Origin: an uncultured virus (IMG/VR IMGVR_UViG_3300015262_000011)
Lineage: Duplodnaviria > Heunggongvirae > Uroviricota > Caudoviricetes
Virus record (IMG/VR): IMGVR_UViG_3300015262_000011
Reading direction: 5' to 3' (one strand)
DNA: 64,000 bases
The position numbers and the translations under genes are program-made. The notes under the pieces are model-generated. The model did not search any database. It worked only from the letters and a program-made list of their open reading frames with translations, and had not been told where the DNA came from. Positions 45,771 through 55,350 of this stretch are shown in pieces (position 1 is the first letter of the stretch; each line of letters begins with the position of its first letter).

Positions 45771-46472
45771 TTACGCCGCCGCCCCTGCCGCTTCGGCGAG
45801 CACCCGTTCTTGCGCGGCCCGCAATTCCCGCCACTCGCCCAGGGTCTCCCACGCACTGTTGCAGTTGCCGCAGCGCACTCGGTGGCTGTCGGCGCGGGCG
45901 GTCAACGGCGCCCAGCACACGCCGCCTTCGACAACCGTCGGGCAGTTGCCGATCTGCACCCGGCCGGGGCGGCGTTCGTCGTCCGTGATGGCCTTGCACT
46001 CGGCGTACAGCTTGCCGATCACGTCGATGTCCTGCCCGACCTCCTCGTAGCTGCCGCACGCCCACAGGAGGTTGTTGACGATGAACTCGACGTGCACCGG
46101 TACGGCTTGAGCTGGCGAACCGCGCCATGGGGCGATCGTCCAGCCGAGGGCCTTCCGCCATGCATCCTCGATCGCCGACAGCCGCGCGGCGACACCGCCG
46201 GGTCCGACGAGGGCGAGGACGTCGAGGCGGGCCGGGATCGGGGCGGTGCGGGTACCGCTGCCGCCGGTGGTCGCACGGCGGGCGCCTTTCATGAGGGCTG
46301 CGGTCTGGTCGAGTTTCCGGAAGAGCCCGGCGAGTTCACCGATACGGGCCTGCGTGCGGTCCTCGCACGGCCAGCAGACGAGCCGGTCGAGCTCGATCTC
46401 CCACAACTTGCGGTGACAGGAAACGCAGCATGGCCATTCGTAGCCGGCATCGTCGATAGCGGGGTCTTGCAT
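45771..46472 (-). CDS. Actinophage Zn-finger protein (possible late-gene regulator)
   Basis: CVSC...C.PC N-terminus; IGNCP...C...VRCGNC..AW C-terminus. Confidence 0.75.
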   Translation of the reverse strand: MQDPAIDDAGYEWPCCVSCHRKLWEIELDRLVCWPCEDRTQARIGELAGLFRKLDQTAALMKGARRATTGGSGTRTAPIPARLDVLALVGPGGVAARLSAIEDAWRKALGWTIAPWRGSPAQAVPVHVEFIVNNLLWACGSYEEVGQDIDVIGKLYAECKAITDDERRPGRVQIGNCPTVVEGGVCWAPLTARADSHRVRCGNCNSAWETLGEWRELRAAQERVLAEAAGAAA

Positions 46473-46660
46473 GGCGGCGCTCCTCGGCGGTGGTACGGGG
46501 AAGCAGACAACCTTTGAGCCGATTGTGCACCCATCCATCGACAATCCGCGCCAATGGCCTAGCCGGGGCTGCGTGAGATCCGCCATCGACCACCGCGACA
46601 GTCCCCGCACACGCCACAGCCCCGACCCGCGGCGGGATCGGGGCTTTCTGCTGTGCGGGG

Positions 46661-46903
46661 TCAGGCGGGGTCGTCCTGCTGTTTCAGAGCCAGGAGTTCC
46701 TGGATTGCATCATCCAGGGTCAGCGGCGCCTCGTCGTCGCGGTCTTCGTCGCCGTACTCGACGATCCGAGGGTTGGCGGGGTCGGAGCAGTCGAGGCGGT
46801 ACCAGCCGTCCGGGTCGAGCCCAACCCACGGAGGACAGGTGCACGGTGAGGTGGGAAGCGCGTACCACTGCATCGTGATGCAGTCCACGAAGTGACTGGC
46901 CAT
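46661..46903 (-). CDS. Small Cys-containing hypothetical protein
   Basis: Clean ORF followed by a hairpin terminator. Confidence 0.55.
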   Translation of the reverse strand: MASHFVDCITMQWYALPTSPCTCPPWVGLDPDGWYRLDCSDPANPRIVEYGDEDRDDEAPLTLDDAIQELLALKQQDDPA

Positions 46904-46909
46904 GGCAGG

Positions 46910-47380
46910 TCAGTCCTCCCAGCTCTTGGCGACGTCGAGTGCGCGGGCGAGCGCGGACGCGAGCGGGAGACGCTCGGTGTCCGGGAGCACGACCGACACG
47001 GCAACCGTCCGGCCGTCACCGTGGTCCTCCCAGACGTCCACGAACACGACGTCGGCGGCGGGCGTCACACGAAGGGCCCCGGCGATCAGATCGGTGGCCT
47101 TCCAGCACGACTGCTCGGTGAGCGCCTTGACGAGGTCGGGCACGAGTCGGGTGGTGACGCCGACCTCGGCGACGCCGCGGCTGTTGGGGCCGGTGATCCC
47201 GTAGTCGTAGAGGCCGGTCGCGTCGGCGCGGGTGATCCGCACATACACCTCGGCCTCGCCCTTGTCGGCGCGGAGGCCGGCGGGGATGACGCGGAGGCGG
47301 GTGCCGTCGGGGGTGCTGTAGTCCCAGGGCTGGGGGGTGAGGTCGGCGATGATGTTGTTGAGGGCGTCGCGGAAGTCCAT
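46910..47380 (-). CDS. Hypothetical protein
   Basis: AGGAG RBS; MDFRDALNN... Confidence 0.7.
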   Translation of the reverse strand: MDFRDALNNIIADLTPQPWDYSTPDGTRLRVIPAGLRADKGEAEVYVRITRADATGLYDYGITGPNSRGVAEVGVTTRLVPDLVKALTEQSCWKATDLIAGALRVTPAADVVFVDVWEDHGDGRTVAVSVVLPDTERLPLASALARALDVAKSWED

Positions 47381-47406
47381 GGTGTTTCTCCTGTCGTGTC
47401 GGGCGG

Positions 47407-47550
47407 TCAGGCGGGGCGGTTCAGTCGGGATGCGAGGACGACCGCGCCAGCGTGGGTGAGGCCAGCCCATACGTTGCCGGTGCGGGTGTCCTTGACGTAC
47501 CAGCCGGAGCGGGCTTTGCGGATCTGGTAGCGGGGCTGGGTGGTGGTCAT
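47407..47550 (-). CDS. Small basic hypothetical protein
   Basis: GGAAGGA RBS; MTTTQPRYQIRKARSGWYVKDT. Confidence 0.55.
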   Translation of the reverse strand: MTTTQPRYQIRKARSGWYVKDTRTGNVWAGLTHAGAVVLASRLNRPA

Positions 47551-47567
47551 GGCGGGGTCCTTCCGGG

Positions 47568-47906
47568 TCAGGCGGCGAGCGCGAGGCGGGCGGCGGCGGT
47601 CTTGTAGGCGCCCTTGCGGGGGCGGTAGATGACGGCGATCGCGGCGACCTCGGCGCGGCTGTAGCGGGTGCAGGTGCGGCGCTGGCCGTGGGTGTAGCTG
47701 ATGCCGGGGGTGCCGGTGACGTTGGCCTTGGCCGCGTTCTTCCGCAGCGAGCTGGCGACGGTGCGGGCTTCGCGCGGGGCGAGGCCGGCGGCGATGCAGT
47801 GGCTGGCCAACGTGCCGGTGCCGTGTCGTGCGATGCGGGAGGCGGCGCGCTGGGTGCGGGTGCGGGCCTTCAACGTGGCGCGGCGGGTGCGGTTCGAGCG
47901 GATCAC
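47568..47906 (-). CDS. Basic hypothetical protein
   Basis: Arg/Ala-rich; YRPRK..YK; ends LALAA. Confidence 0.7.
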   Translation of the reverse strand: MIRSNRTRRATLKARTRTQRAASRIARHGTGTLASHCIAAGLAPREARTVASSLRKNAAKANVTGTPGISYTHGQRRTCTRYSRAEVAAIAVIYRPRKGAYKTAAARLALAA

Positions 47907-47973
47907 GGGTCCCCCTTGGTGCGGTGTGTGGTGGTTGAGCGGCCCGGCCCCGAAAGGCCGGACGGCGCGGCTG

Positions 47974-48165
47974 TCAGGCGCCGGAGACCAGGCGCACCCG
48001 GCGCTGGAACAGGCGCAGCGCGTCGCCCCGGTTGCGGGTGGCGTGCGAGACGCGGTCGCCCTGGCGGACCCGGTACCACGTGCCCGGGACGCCCATGGTC
48101 CCGAAGTCGTCGGAGGCGACCTCCAGTGCGATCCCGGAGCGAAGCGTCTCGGTGGTCCAGTTCAT
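47974..48165 (-). CDS. Hypothetical protein
   Basis: AGGGAG RBS; downstream of TTGACA...TACATT promoter. Confidence 0.65.
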   Translation of the reverse strand: MNWTTETLRSGIALEVASDDFGTMGVPGTWYRVRQGDRVSHATRNRGDALRLFQRRVRLVSGA

Positions 48166-48193
48166 TTCGGCTCCCTGCTGCGGTGCGGTTTCT

Positions 48194-48271
48194 TGAGAAC
48201 AATGTAGGCCTACCGAGTTCTCATGTCAACAAAGTTGGCCCATTGAGTCCGCCTACAGAGATGGCATACTG
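48194..48271. promoter_or_regulatory. Divergent promoter / operator region
   Basis: Minus-strand TTGACA-17 nt-TACATT; TGAGAAC/GTTCTCA and TGTAGGC/GCCTACA inverted repeats; CATACT before ATG 48277. Confidence 0.6.
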
Positions 48272-48276
48272 AGTGC

Positions 48277-48495
48277 ATGGCAGACACCGACGAGCAGAAG
48301 ATCGAAGAGATCCGGAAGCTCACCGAACGCATCGCCCACGACCGGGCGCGCGTCTACGAACTGATCCCGCAGGTCTTCCCAGAGAAGCGCGGCGAGGATC
48401 CCGTGCGCGGACGCCTCAACGAGGTCGTCAAGGCCTCCGGGTTCACCCGCGAATACGTCGCACGCATCCGAGACGGGAAGGTGAAGCCATCCTGA
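48277..48495 (+). CDS. Small HTH regulator
   Basis: RLNEVVKASGFTREYVARIRDG. Confidence 0.75.
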   Translation: MADTDEQKIEEIRKLTERIAHDRARVYELIPQVFPEKRGEDPVRGRLNEVVKASGFTREYVARIRDGKVKPS

Positions 48496-49040
48496 TGGCC
48501 AGCCACGAGAAGCCCAAGGGACGTCCTTGCAGCCATCGCGTGTACCAGCTCGACTGCGCCGAGTACGACCGCCTACTTGAGCACGCTGGCGACCGTTGCC
48601 AGATTTGCGGCGTGACACCTGAGGACACGAAGCATGGGTTCCTCGTGGTTGACCATGACGCGCGGGTCGGGCAGTGGGCCGTGCGCGGACTGCTGTGCAC
48701 CCCCTGCAACACCGGCATCACGGTGTCGCCCACTGACAGCCCGGAGTTCGAGGCATACATGGCCGCGCCTTGGTGGCGGCAACGCCTGTCCGAGCAGGGG
48801 CTGAGTGCCGAGATGCAGCCCGAGCCGCCAGTCGGAGCGGACGTCATCGTTCTACCGAACCGGCGACGTTGGAAGCGAGAGGGGCCGAAGTGGAGGCACA
48901 TGGCGGGTTATCGCAGCGCTGACCTGAGATGGGAAGAGCTCAACCGGCGGTTCGGTCCTCACCGGATCCTGATCCCAGCCGCGCCCGCCGAACGACTCCG
49001 GAAGACCAGCGAGCGCCCGGCGAGCAGCGATGGAGTGTGA
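48495..49040 (+). CDS. Endonuclease VII-domain (His-Me finger) nuclease
   Basis: Y.L...EYD.L....CQICG...LVVDHD...VRGLLC..CN.G. Confidence 0.88.
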   Translation: MASHEKPKGRPCSHRVYQLDCAEYDRLLEHAGDRCQICGVTPEDTKHGFLVVDHDARVGQWAVRGLLCTPCNTGITVSPTDSPEFEAYMAAPWWRQRLSEQGLSAEMQPEPPVGADVIVLPNRRRWKREGPKWRHMAGYRSADLRWEELNRRFGPHRILIPAAPAERLRKTSERPASSDGV

Positions 49041-49194
49041 ACGCTGCCACGGCACAGGCCTCGACCCGCACGCGTACATCGTGCAACGCGGCACCGACGG
49101 CACCCTCCAAGCCCAGGTCGCCGCGCCATGCCCCGAATGCCAGCCAGACGACGAACCGGGCGCGGGCCCGGTGCGCCCGGACGAGGAACCCACA

Positions 49195-49361
49195 TGAGCG
49201 AGCGATGCGACGTATGCAACCTGCCCGACCTGCACCACGGATACGGCGACGGCATCGGCTCCTGTGACTGCCCGCGATGCGAATGCGGCGTCGCCGAGTG
49301 GTCTGATCTGTGCACGTGTCCGCCGGAAGATGACGAGTACTGGCCCGACGCCTCCGGCTGA
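49195..49361 (+). CDS. Small Cys-rich protein (start approximate)
   Basis: CDVC...GDGIGSCDCPRC.CG. Confidence 0.5.
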
Positions 49362-49501
49362 CAGCCCACCGCATGACGAGGCCCCGGCCGCCCGGCGGGG
49401 CCTTTCTCGTGCCCGCGTTTGACTTCCCCGTGCCGCGCGCCACGCTGACACGACGGGGCCCCTGCCGCGACGGGGCGGCAGGGGCCCGGGACGGGGGCGG
49501 G

Positions 49502-49717
49502 TCAGGTGGCCGCGGGTGGCCCGCAGCGGCAGTCTTCCTCGTCGGCGCCCTGGCCGATGAAACAGGCGCAGAACACGGGCCCGAGCGGGCTAGTCGCGGT
49601 CACGCCGTTCTCGTCGCCGCCGTAGCAGTTGTCGCACTCGCCGAAATGCCACTCCTCGGCATCCTCGACGTCGTCCAGGTCGTCTTCTTCGTCGAGGTAG
49701 GTCTCTTCGTAGCTCAC
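49502..49717 (-). CDS. Small acidic Cys-rich protein
   Basis: ECDNCYG...CAC.IGQG...C.CG. Confidence 0.55.
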   Translation of the reverse strand: MSYEETYLDEEDDLDDVEDAEEWHFGECDNCYGGDENGVTATSPLGPVFCACFIGQGADEEDCRCGPPAAT

Positions 49718-49731
49718 GGGTTCAGTGTCTC

Positions 49732-50232
49732 CTAGCGCTTGGTGATGTTCTTCTGCCAGACGGATCGCCGCTGGTCGGTGTTGTGGATGTGGTGCTCGGT
49801 CCCGTTGTGGATGTGAATGTCGAGCTGGGCGGCTCGCTTCAGCTTGCTGATGGCGCCTCCGGCGGCGGTGGCGATCATGGCGAGGCCGGCGATCGGCAGG
49901 GTGACCAGGAGAACGCCGTTGAGGGTGACGGACGACAGGCTGTGGATCACCGACGCGAGGCCTTTGCAGGCGAGCCAGACGCCGCAGCCGAGGCCGGTGA
50001 TGCCGGCGCCGATGCCGATGGAGCCGACGGCGACGCCGAGCGCCCACTGGGGGACGATGCGGCTGTCGGGCTGCGGTACGGGCGGGGTGGTGCCGACGCG
50101 CGGCCCGTCCTTGTAGGAGGGGATGTCGGGGTCGTCGACGCGGACGGCGGTGGGCTGGTAGGCGGCGTAGATGAGGCGGGCGGCTTCGGTCTCGGCGGCC
50201 TCCTCGCTGAGCGGCAGGGTGGGCTCGGGCAT
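49732..50232 (-). CDS. Two-TM membrane protein (Spd-like, transfer region)
   Basis: SYKDGPRVG..PPVPQP, two hydrophobic helices, His-rich tail. Confidence 0.65.
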   Translation of the reverse strand: MPEPTLPLSEEAAETEAARLIYAAYQPTAVRVDDPDIPSYKDGPRVGTTPPVPQPDSRIVPQWALGVAVGSIGIGAGITGLGCGVWLACKGLASVIHSLSSVTLNGVLLVTLPIAGLAMIATAAGGAISKLKRAAQLDIHIHNGTEHHIHNTDQRRSVWQKNITKR

Positions 50233-50241
50233 GGGGTTCTC

Positions 50242-50886
50242 CTAGGCTTCGCCGGTGCCGGAGCACGCGGTGCAGCGGACGCGGGTGAGTTTGTGGATGC
50301 GGGAGTCGATGGTGAAGTAGCCGCGGTCGCAGCCGGCTGCGCACGGGATGACGGGCTCGGGCTCGTAGCCGGGGTCGGGCTCGTGTCCGCCGGCCTGCCA
50401 GTCCCATGCGGCGCCGACCGCGGCAGCTTTCGCGGAGGCGACGGTGTTGCCGGCCGTGCGCCTGGCCGCCCTGGTGGCTGCTTTGACGGGCTGCTTCAGG
50501 GCGTGCTTGGCGGCGTTCTTCCTGCGCCTGAGCGCGGGTTTGATGAGGCGCCCCCAGTACACGTCGGTGACGGCCCGCTTGATGTCGTCGAGGATCACCT
50601 CCGGGTGGAGGACGCCCTCGATGAGAGCGCCGCCGATGATCAGACGGAAGGTGTCGATGTCCTCGGCGCGCTCCCGGCCCGTCGACGCGGCCTGGATCGC
50701 TTTGAGGTCGCCGAGGGTGAATATGAAGTCTTCCCATGAGTGGGAGCTGGAGCAGTTGCCCCACACGGAGGCGAGGGCGTCGATGGGGGCGCCGGCTTCC
50801 AGGCTTAGGGTGCTGGTGCCGCATTCGGGGCAGGTGTAGGGGCAGCCGTCGACGGTCATGGCGACGATCTTCAACTGGACGGCCAT
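50242..50886 (-). CDS. Zn-finger protein (DnaJ-like CxxCxGxG at C-terminus)
   Basis: CPECG...C...H; C..GC..G, CTACSGTG. Confidence 0.75.
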   Translation of the reverse strand: MAVQLKIVAMTVDGCPYTCPECGTSTLSLEAGAPIDALASVWGNCSSSHSWEDFIFTLGDLKAIQAASTGRERAEDIDTFRLIIGGALIEGVLHPEVILDDIKRAVTDVYWGRLIKPALRRRKNAAKHALKQPVKAATRAARRTAGNTVASAKAAAVGAAWDWQAGGHEPDPGYEPEPVIPCAAGCDRGYFTIDSRIHKLTRVRCTACSGTGEA

Positions 50887-50906
50887 TTCAGGATCTCCTT
50901 CGCATT

Positions 50907-51070
50907 CTGACCGTTACGGGGTCCGTGATGGTCCGTGACTGTGCAGGCCAGGACCGTGTAGGGGTCCGTGATGCACCGGTACGCAGTAACGGTCAGCGGC
51001 CTCTGAAAATCGGTGCCCATCGGTGGCCGTCACGGTCCTGACCTGCGGTGTCACGGTGGCGTCACGGTGG
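50907..51070. repeat. clt-like repeat array adjacent to the traB 3' end
   Basis: About nine CCGT(G/T)A-type units: five direct (50911, 50923, 50933, 50954, 50966) and four inverted (50987, 51030, 51051, 51062). Confidence 0.7.
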
Positions 51071-51071
51071 T

Positions 51072-53120
51072 TCAGGCCGCTTCCGCAGCGCTCTCGCCGG
51101 TGATCAGCTTGATCGTTTCGAGCCTGTAGCCGCGGGCGCCCCCCGTGATCTGGACGGTCGCTACGTCGACGTCGATGTCGAGCGCGTCAACGGCCCGCTT
51201 CAGCTCGGCCGCAAGCCGCTTGGCGCCAGCCAGACGGCCACGCTGCTCGTCCTCACCGAGCTTCTCCAGCGCCCACACGTCGGGGTCGTGGGTGCCGAGG
51301 TAGTCGACGATCTCGACGGTGGGGAGGAACGCCGGGTCGTCGGCGGCGGCGAACGCGCCGCGGGCCATCATGACGATCTTAGGCAGGTCGGAGCGGAGCC
51401 GGTCCGCCTCCGTGGCTCCGAAGCGGTCCAGGCCAGCGGCGCGCAGCGACTCGGCGTCCACAGTCGGCCGGCCCGCAGCGGCCCGCTCCCGTGCCCGGCG
51501 GCGGCCCTCCTTGCCTTCCAGAAACAGGAACTTGTGCTTCAGCGGTTCGCGGGAGCCGCCGCCGCGAATGTAGGCCTGGGAGGCGTCACGGAGGTCGTCG
51601 CCCTGTGCGTTGCCCTCGGCCGGGTCGAGGCGGTCCGGCCGCCATCCTTCGTCGCCTGCGCCCCCACCGAAGACCTGCACGACGTCCTGCCGGCGGCACG
51701 GGCCGACGATCTTCAGGGCGATGGTGTCGGCGATGGCCGAACCGATGGTGTCCTTGTTGACCTCCTGCGTGGCCAGCACCAGCTGCACGCGAGACTTCCG
51801 CCCGGTCTGCAGGATCTTGACGGCCAACTCCTTGGCCCGGTCGGACAGTTGCGGGTACTCGTCGATGAACAGGACGATCGCCGGGCGCTCCGGTGAGGGC
51901 TCCCAGTTCTCCTTCATGCCGAGCTTCGCGAACAGTGACGGCCGCGCCTTCGCAATCTTCAGGGCCTGTTCGAGGATCTTCTCGATCTGCCCCATGTTGT
52001 CGTCGCCGATCGCCCGCACCCCGACCGCCTCGGCCAGCGGCGCCAGGCCGTTGCCGCCCGGGTCCAGGTCGCCGACCAGCACGTCCGAGCAGGCGGTGAG
52101 CGTGTCGGCGAGCGCCCGGAGGATCACGGACTTCCCGCCGCCCGACCCGGCGACCACGATGACGTGCACGCCGAGCAGCGACGGGTCGAACTTCTGGCCA
52201 TCCATGCGGTAGGCGATGACCTGCCGGTCCCGCATCCGGTGACTGTTGGGCTTCCGCTCGGGCGCGGCAGGCATCTTGTCGAACGGGTCGGACTGGACGA
52301 GCCGCAGCACAACCTGCCCGCGGGAGGCCCGCACCGGCTGGCAGTGCAGCCCGTTCTCCGGCAGGTCGAGCGGGGTTTCCAGGTCGGGCGCCTTGGTGAC
52401 GATGTCGGCGGGCTTGCCTTTGGCGAGACGGACGGTGATCTCCCAGCCCCAGTCGTGGCGTCGGTTCGCCTCGACCTCCTTCACGGCGATGCCTTCGGAG
52501 GCGAGGGCGCGGCGGACGCATTCGGCGGCCTCGGTGCGGTTGCGGGCGTCGGCGATCGGGAACGGGTCGCCGTCTTCGGCGAGGATCTGCACTTTGCCCG
52601 GGTCGACGCCACGGGGCCGGCCGCGCCAGGCGCCGACGGTGACGGCGGCGAGTGCGTACAGGGCGGTGATCCACATCCCGCATTCGGCGAGCCCGTAGAG
52701 GCCGGCGCCGAGAGCGGGAGCCCCGTAGATGCCCCGCTTGATCCAGTACTTGCGCTTGTGGTCCGTGTACTGCTGCTCGCGGCGGGCGGCGACGGCGTGC
52801 CCCTGCGTCTCCTTCTGCAAGTCGCCTTCGACGGTGGCGACGTAGGTGTGGGCGGTGCGGATCATCTGCGGGTACGGTCCGTGAAACTTCGCACGCTCGA
52901 TGCGGGCGATGTGCCACCAGCCACGTGCCGACCAGCCGATCCAGATGACCGACGGGTGGTGGCCGACCGTGCGGGCGGTTCGGCGCACGATCGCGGCCTT
53001 GGAGTGGATCCAGGCGGGCAGATGCCGGGCGGGTACGGCGGGGGTCTTGTCGACGACGGTCTCGGCCGGCTTCACGAGCGCCATCGCCGGCGTTTTCTGG
53101 TTTGTGGTCGGGGTGGCCAT
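51072..53120 (-). CDS. traB: TraB-like FtsK/SpoIIIE conjugative DNA translocase
   Basis: N-terminal TM pair; Walker A GSGGGKS; Walker B VLFIDE; GRKSRVQLVLATQ; GWRPDRL; C-terminal winged-helix-like ...RGY. Confidence 0.88.
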   Translation of the reverse strand: MATPTTNQKTPAMALVKPAETVVDKTPAVPARHLPAWIHSKAAIVRRTARTVGHHPSVIWIGWSARGWWHIARIERAKFHGPYPQMIRTAHTYVATVEGDLQKETQGHAVAARREQQYTDHKRKYWIKRGIYGAPALGAGLYGLAECGMWITALYALAAVTVGAWRGRPRGVDPGKVQILAEDGDPFPIADARNRTEAAECVRRALASEGIAVKEVEANRRHDWGWEITVRLAKGKPADIVTKAPDLETPLDLPENGLHCQPVRASRGQVVLRLVQSDPFDKMPAAPERKPNSHRMRDRQVIAYRMDGQKFDPSLLGVHVIVVAGSGGGKSVILRALADTLTACSDVLVGDLDPGGNGLAPLAEAVGVRAIGDDNMGQIEKILEQALKIAKARPSLFAKLGMKENWEPSPERPAIVLFIDEYPQLSDRAKELAVKILQTGRKSRVQLVLATQEVNKDTIGSAIADTIALKIVGPCRRQDVVQVFGGGAGDEGWRPDRLDPAEGNAQGDDLRDASQAYIRGGGSREPLKHKFLFLEGKEGRRRARERAAAGRPTVDAESLRAAGLDRFGATEADRLRSDLPKIVMMARGAFAAADDPAFLPTVEIVDYLGTHDPDVWALEKLGEDEQRGRLAGAKRLAAELKRAVDALDIDVDVATVQITGGARGYRLETIKLITGESAAEAA

Positions 53121-53129
53121 GGCGGGGGG

Positions 53130-54395
53130 TCAGTCCTTCTTCTCTCGGGCGTTCTTAGCGGTGATGGAGGCCTGGCGGCGGGCGGCTGCGACGTACTGCT
53201 GGGTGTCACCGGGCTGCCGTGTCGGAGGCTTGCGGGCGGCGCCTCGCTGTGCGCGGGGCATTTGGTTTGCACGCTGCGCGTTTGTGGTCTTGCTGAGGGT
53301 GTTCACGGGGGCGCCGGTGAGGGCTGCTTCGACGCGCTTCTCGGCGGCGCGCCGGGAGCTGATGGACTCGATGGATTCGCCCGGGTCGCAGCCCTTGATG
53401 TTGCGGTAGGCGCGCGGCCACACGGCCGGGTCTTCGGGGTCCTTGCCGAGCGCTGCACCGATCCTCACGGCCTCTTCCCAGACGTCCTTGAAGACGGTCT
53501 GGCGGATCTCTCGCAGCTCCAGCCGCGCCTTCTCGGCAGCCTCGTCCGCGGCCTCCTTCTCGGCGCGCTTCCGCTCCTCTTCGGCGGCCCGCTGCTTGGC
53601 CTCCTCCTTCGCCACCCTCGCCGCGGCCTTGCGCTCCCGGCGGGTCTGGACGCCGTCGCGCTTGCGGATCCGCCCGTGCTCGTGAAGGTCCCACACACCA
53701 GGGCCGGCGATCGACGCGAACGCGGTCGCGACAGCCGTGCCGGGGTCGAACGAGTGGAGGCCGTGGTACAGGTTGACGCCAGCGGCGATGAAGGCGAGCA
53801 GCCACACGATGGTGCGGTAATGCCAGACCGGGCGCCGGTTGGCGACGGCGGCGCGGGCGCCGCGGTGGACGACCCAGGCCGCACCTTCGAGCATGATCGG
53901 GGCGGCGGCCATCCAGGGGGCGTGCGGGTTCCAGAAGAAGCTCATCTGGACGGGCAGGGAGACGATGCCGCAGACGATCGCGAACTTGATCGCGTAGGAG
54001 CGCCACTTGTCGTCGGCGGTCTTGATCTCTTCGGCGGCCTGGTCTTCGGCGGCTTTCTCTTCTTGCTCCTGGCGTCGGGCCTTCTCGCGGGCGCGCTCGA
54101 TGTCCTCGCGCTTCTTCTCCGCCTCGGCGATCTTCGTGTTCTGTTCGGCCTGCTCACGCTTGAAGCGGAGTGCCGCGCGTTCGTTGGCGAGGGCCTGCTT
54201 GTCGTTCTCCAGCTCCAGCGCCTTCGCCTGCTCGACGCCTACCGCACGTTCGGCATCAGCCTTGCCCTGTGCTTCGATGCGGACGGCTTCGGCTTCGGCG
54301 TCGGCGCGTCTCCGGATCGCCTCCGCCTCGGCCAGGGCGCGCGGGTCGTACCCGGGCGTGTGGCCGTTGAGCTTCTCGATGGGCGTGGCGGTCAC
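53130..54395 (-). CDS. SpdB-like (DUF2637-like) membrane / coiled-coil transfer protein
   Basis: Coiled coil, four TM helices (SLPVQM...AAGVNLYHG), second coiled coil; directly upstream of traB. Confidence 0.75.
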   Translation of the reverse strand: MTATPIEKLNGHTPGYDPRALAEAEAIRRRADAEAEAVRIEAQGKADAERAVGVEQAKALELENDKQALANERAALRFKREQAEQNTKIAEAEKKREDIERAREKARRQEQEEKAAEDQAAEEIKTADDKWRSYAIKFAIVCGIVSLPVQMSFFWNPHAPWMAAAPIMLEGAAWVVHRGARAAVANRRPVWHYRTIVWLLAFIAAGVNLYHGLHSFDPGTAVATAFASIAGPGVWDLHEHGRIRKRDGVQTRRERKAAARVAKEEAKQRAAEEERKRAEKEAADEAAEKARLELREIRQTVFKDVWEEAVRIGAALGKDPEDPAVWPRAYRNIKGCDPGESIESISSRRAAEKRVEAALTGAPVNTLSKTTNAQRANQMPRAQRGAARKPPTRQPGDTQQYVAAARRQASITAKNAREKKD

Positions 54396-54430
54396 GGCAG
54401 ATCAATCCCTTCGGGGTGTGATGGGGGTGG

Positions 54431-54625
54431 TCAGCGGTTGCGGCGGCGGGTGGTGCGCCAGCCGAAGCCGCCGGGGAGGTTGGCGGAGACGGTGTCGAGT
54501 CCGGTGGAGTTGCGCGTGTAACGCGGGGTGTGCTTGCCGCCGACCGTGATCGACCACGACCGCCGGTTGATGTTGAGGCGGACACCGGGCAGGATCCGGA
54601 AGCTCTTGCGGAACGTGAGCGGCAT
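54431..54625 (-). CDS. DUF4236-like small basic protein
   Basis: FRKSFRILPGVRLNI...S..VG...LPG. Confidence 0.8.
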   Translation of the reverse strand: MPLTFRKSFRILPGVRLNINRRSWSITVGGKHTPRYTRNSTGLDTVSANLPGGFGWRTTRRRNR

Positions 54626-54834
54626 CAACGCCTCCGGGCTGGGGTGTGTGCGGGGCGGCGCAGGTAGTGCACGGCGACCGCCGCCAGCAGCACGGCGAAC
54701 AGGACCGGCGGCTGGGCGAGGACGGTGAACGCGCCCGTCGCGACCAGCACGATCGGGGCGGCGGCCGGGGGCCACAGGCCGACCAGTAGCAGGTACAGCC
54801 CGCTGAGGACGGCGAGAACAGGGTGACGGCGCAT
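54625..54834 (-). CDS. Small hydrophobic membrane protein (Spd-like)
   Basis: GAAGGAAGG RBS; almost entirely hydrophobic. Confidence 0.7.
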   Translation of the reverse strand: MRRHPVLAVLSGLYLLLVGLWPPAAAPIVLVATGAFTVLAQPPVLFAVLLAAVAVHYLRRPAHTPARRR

Positions 54835-54927
54835 GACGGCCTTCCTTCAGGTAGATCGAGGTGGGTGGTGGTGCTGGCCAGGTCTCCTCACCGCCGGGAA
54901 TGCCGGGTCCGGCGGATCGGAGAACGG

Positions 54928-55137
54928 TCAGGCAGGGAATCGGCCGGTGTCTCGCAGGTGTTCGACTGCGGCCCGGCTCTCCTCGATGTCGGCCCGGGTT
55001 TCAGCGATCCGTGCCTGGGTGCGGGCTTCGGCGGCGTCGAGGCGGGCGTTCAGGTCGGCGAGGGTCTGGTTATAGGCGCGGCCCGGCTGTCCGGCGTCGC
55101 GTTCGGCGCCGGTCTGAATGTGGGTGATGTCGGCCAC
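54928..55137 (-). CDS. Small coiled-coil protein
   Basis: Operonic ORF. Confidence 0.6.
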   Translation of the reverse strand: MADITHIQTGAERDAGQPGRAYNQTLADLNARLDAAEARTQARIAETRADIEESRAAVEHLRDTGRFPA

Positions 55138-55139
55138 GG

Positions 55140-55280
55140 CTACTTGCCGTCCTTGCCGTAGGCCTTGTCGAGGGCGGCCTTCGCGTCCTTGACCTTGCCG
55201 GAGACGATGCCGTCGTACACCTTCTGACCCTTGGCGACGTTCTTCGAGCTGGTCAGGTCGGTGCTCTTCTTGCCGAACAT
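55140..55280 (-). CDS. Small Lys-rich protein
   Basis: GAGAGGA RBS; MFGKKS... Confidence 0.6.
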   Translation of the reverse strand: MFGKKSTDLTSSKNVAKGQKVYDGIVSGKVKDAKAALDKAYGKDGK

Positions 55281-55350
55281 GCGGTTCCTCTCGGAGTTGG
55301 GTGGGGTTACTGGACGATCTGGTTGGGCGGGACCGGCTTGCGGAGAGCTA

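Noticed and set aside
51072..53120. TraB-like gene as host cell-division FtsK or a packaging ATPase
   Set aside because: Spd-like neighbours, clt-like repeats and GntR control fit plasmid TraB, and a separate terminase is present
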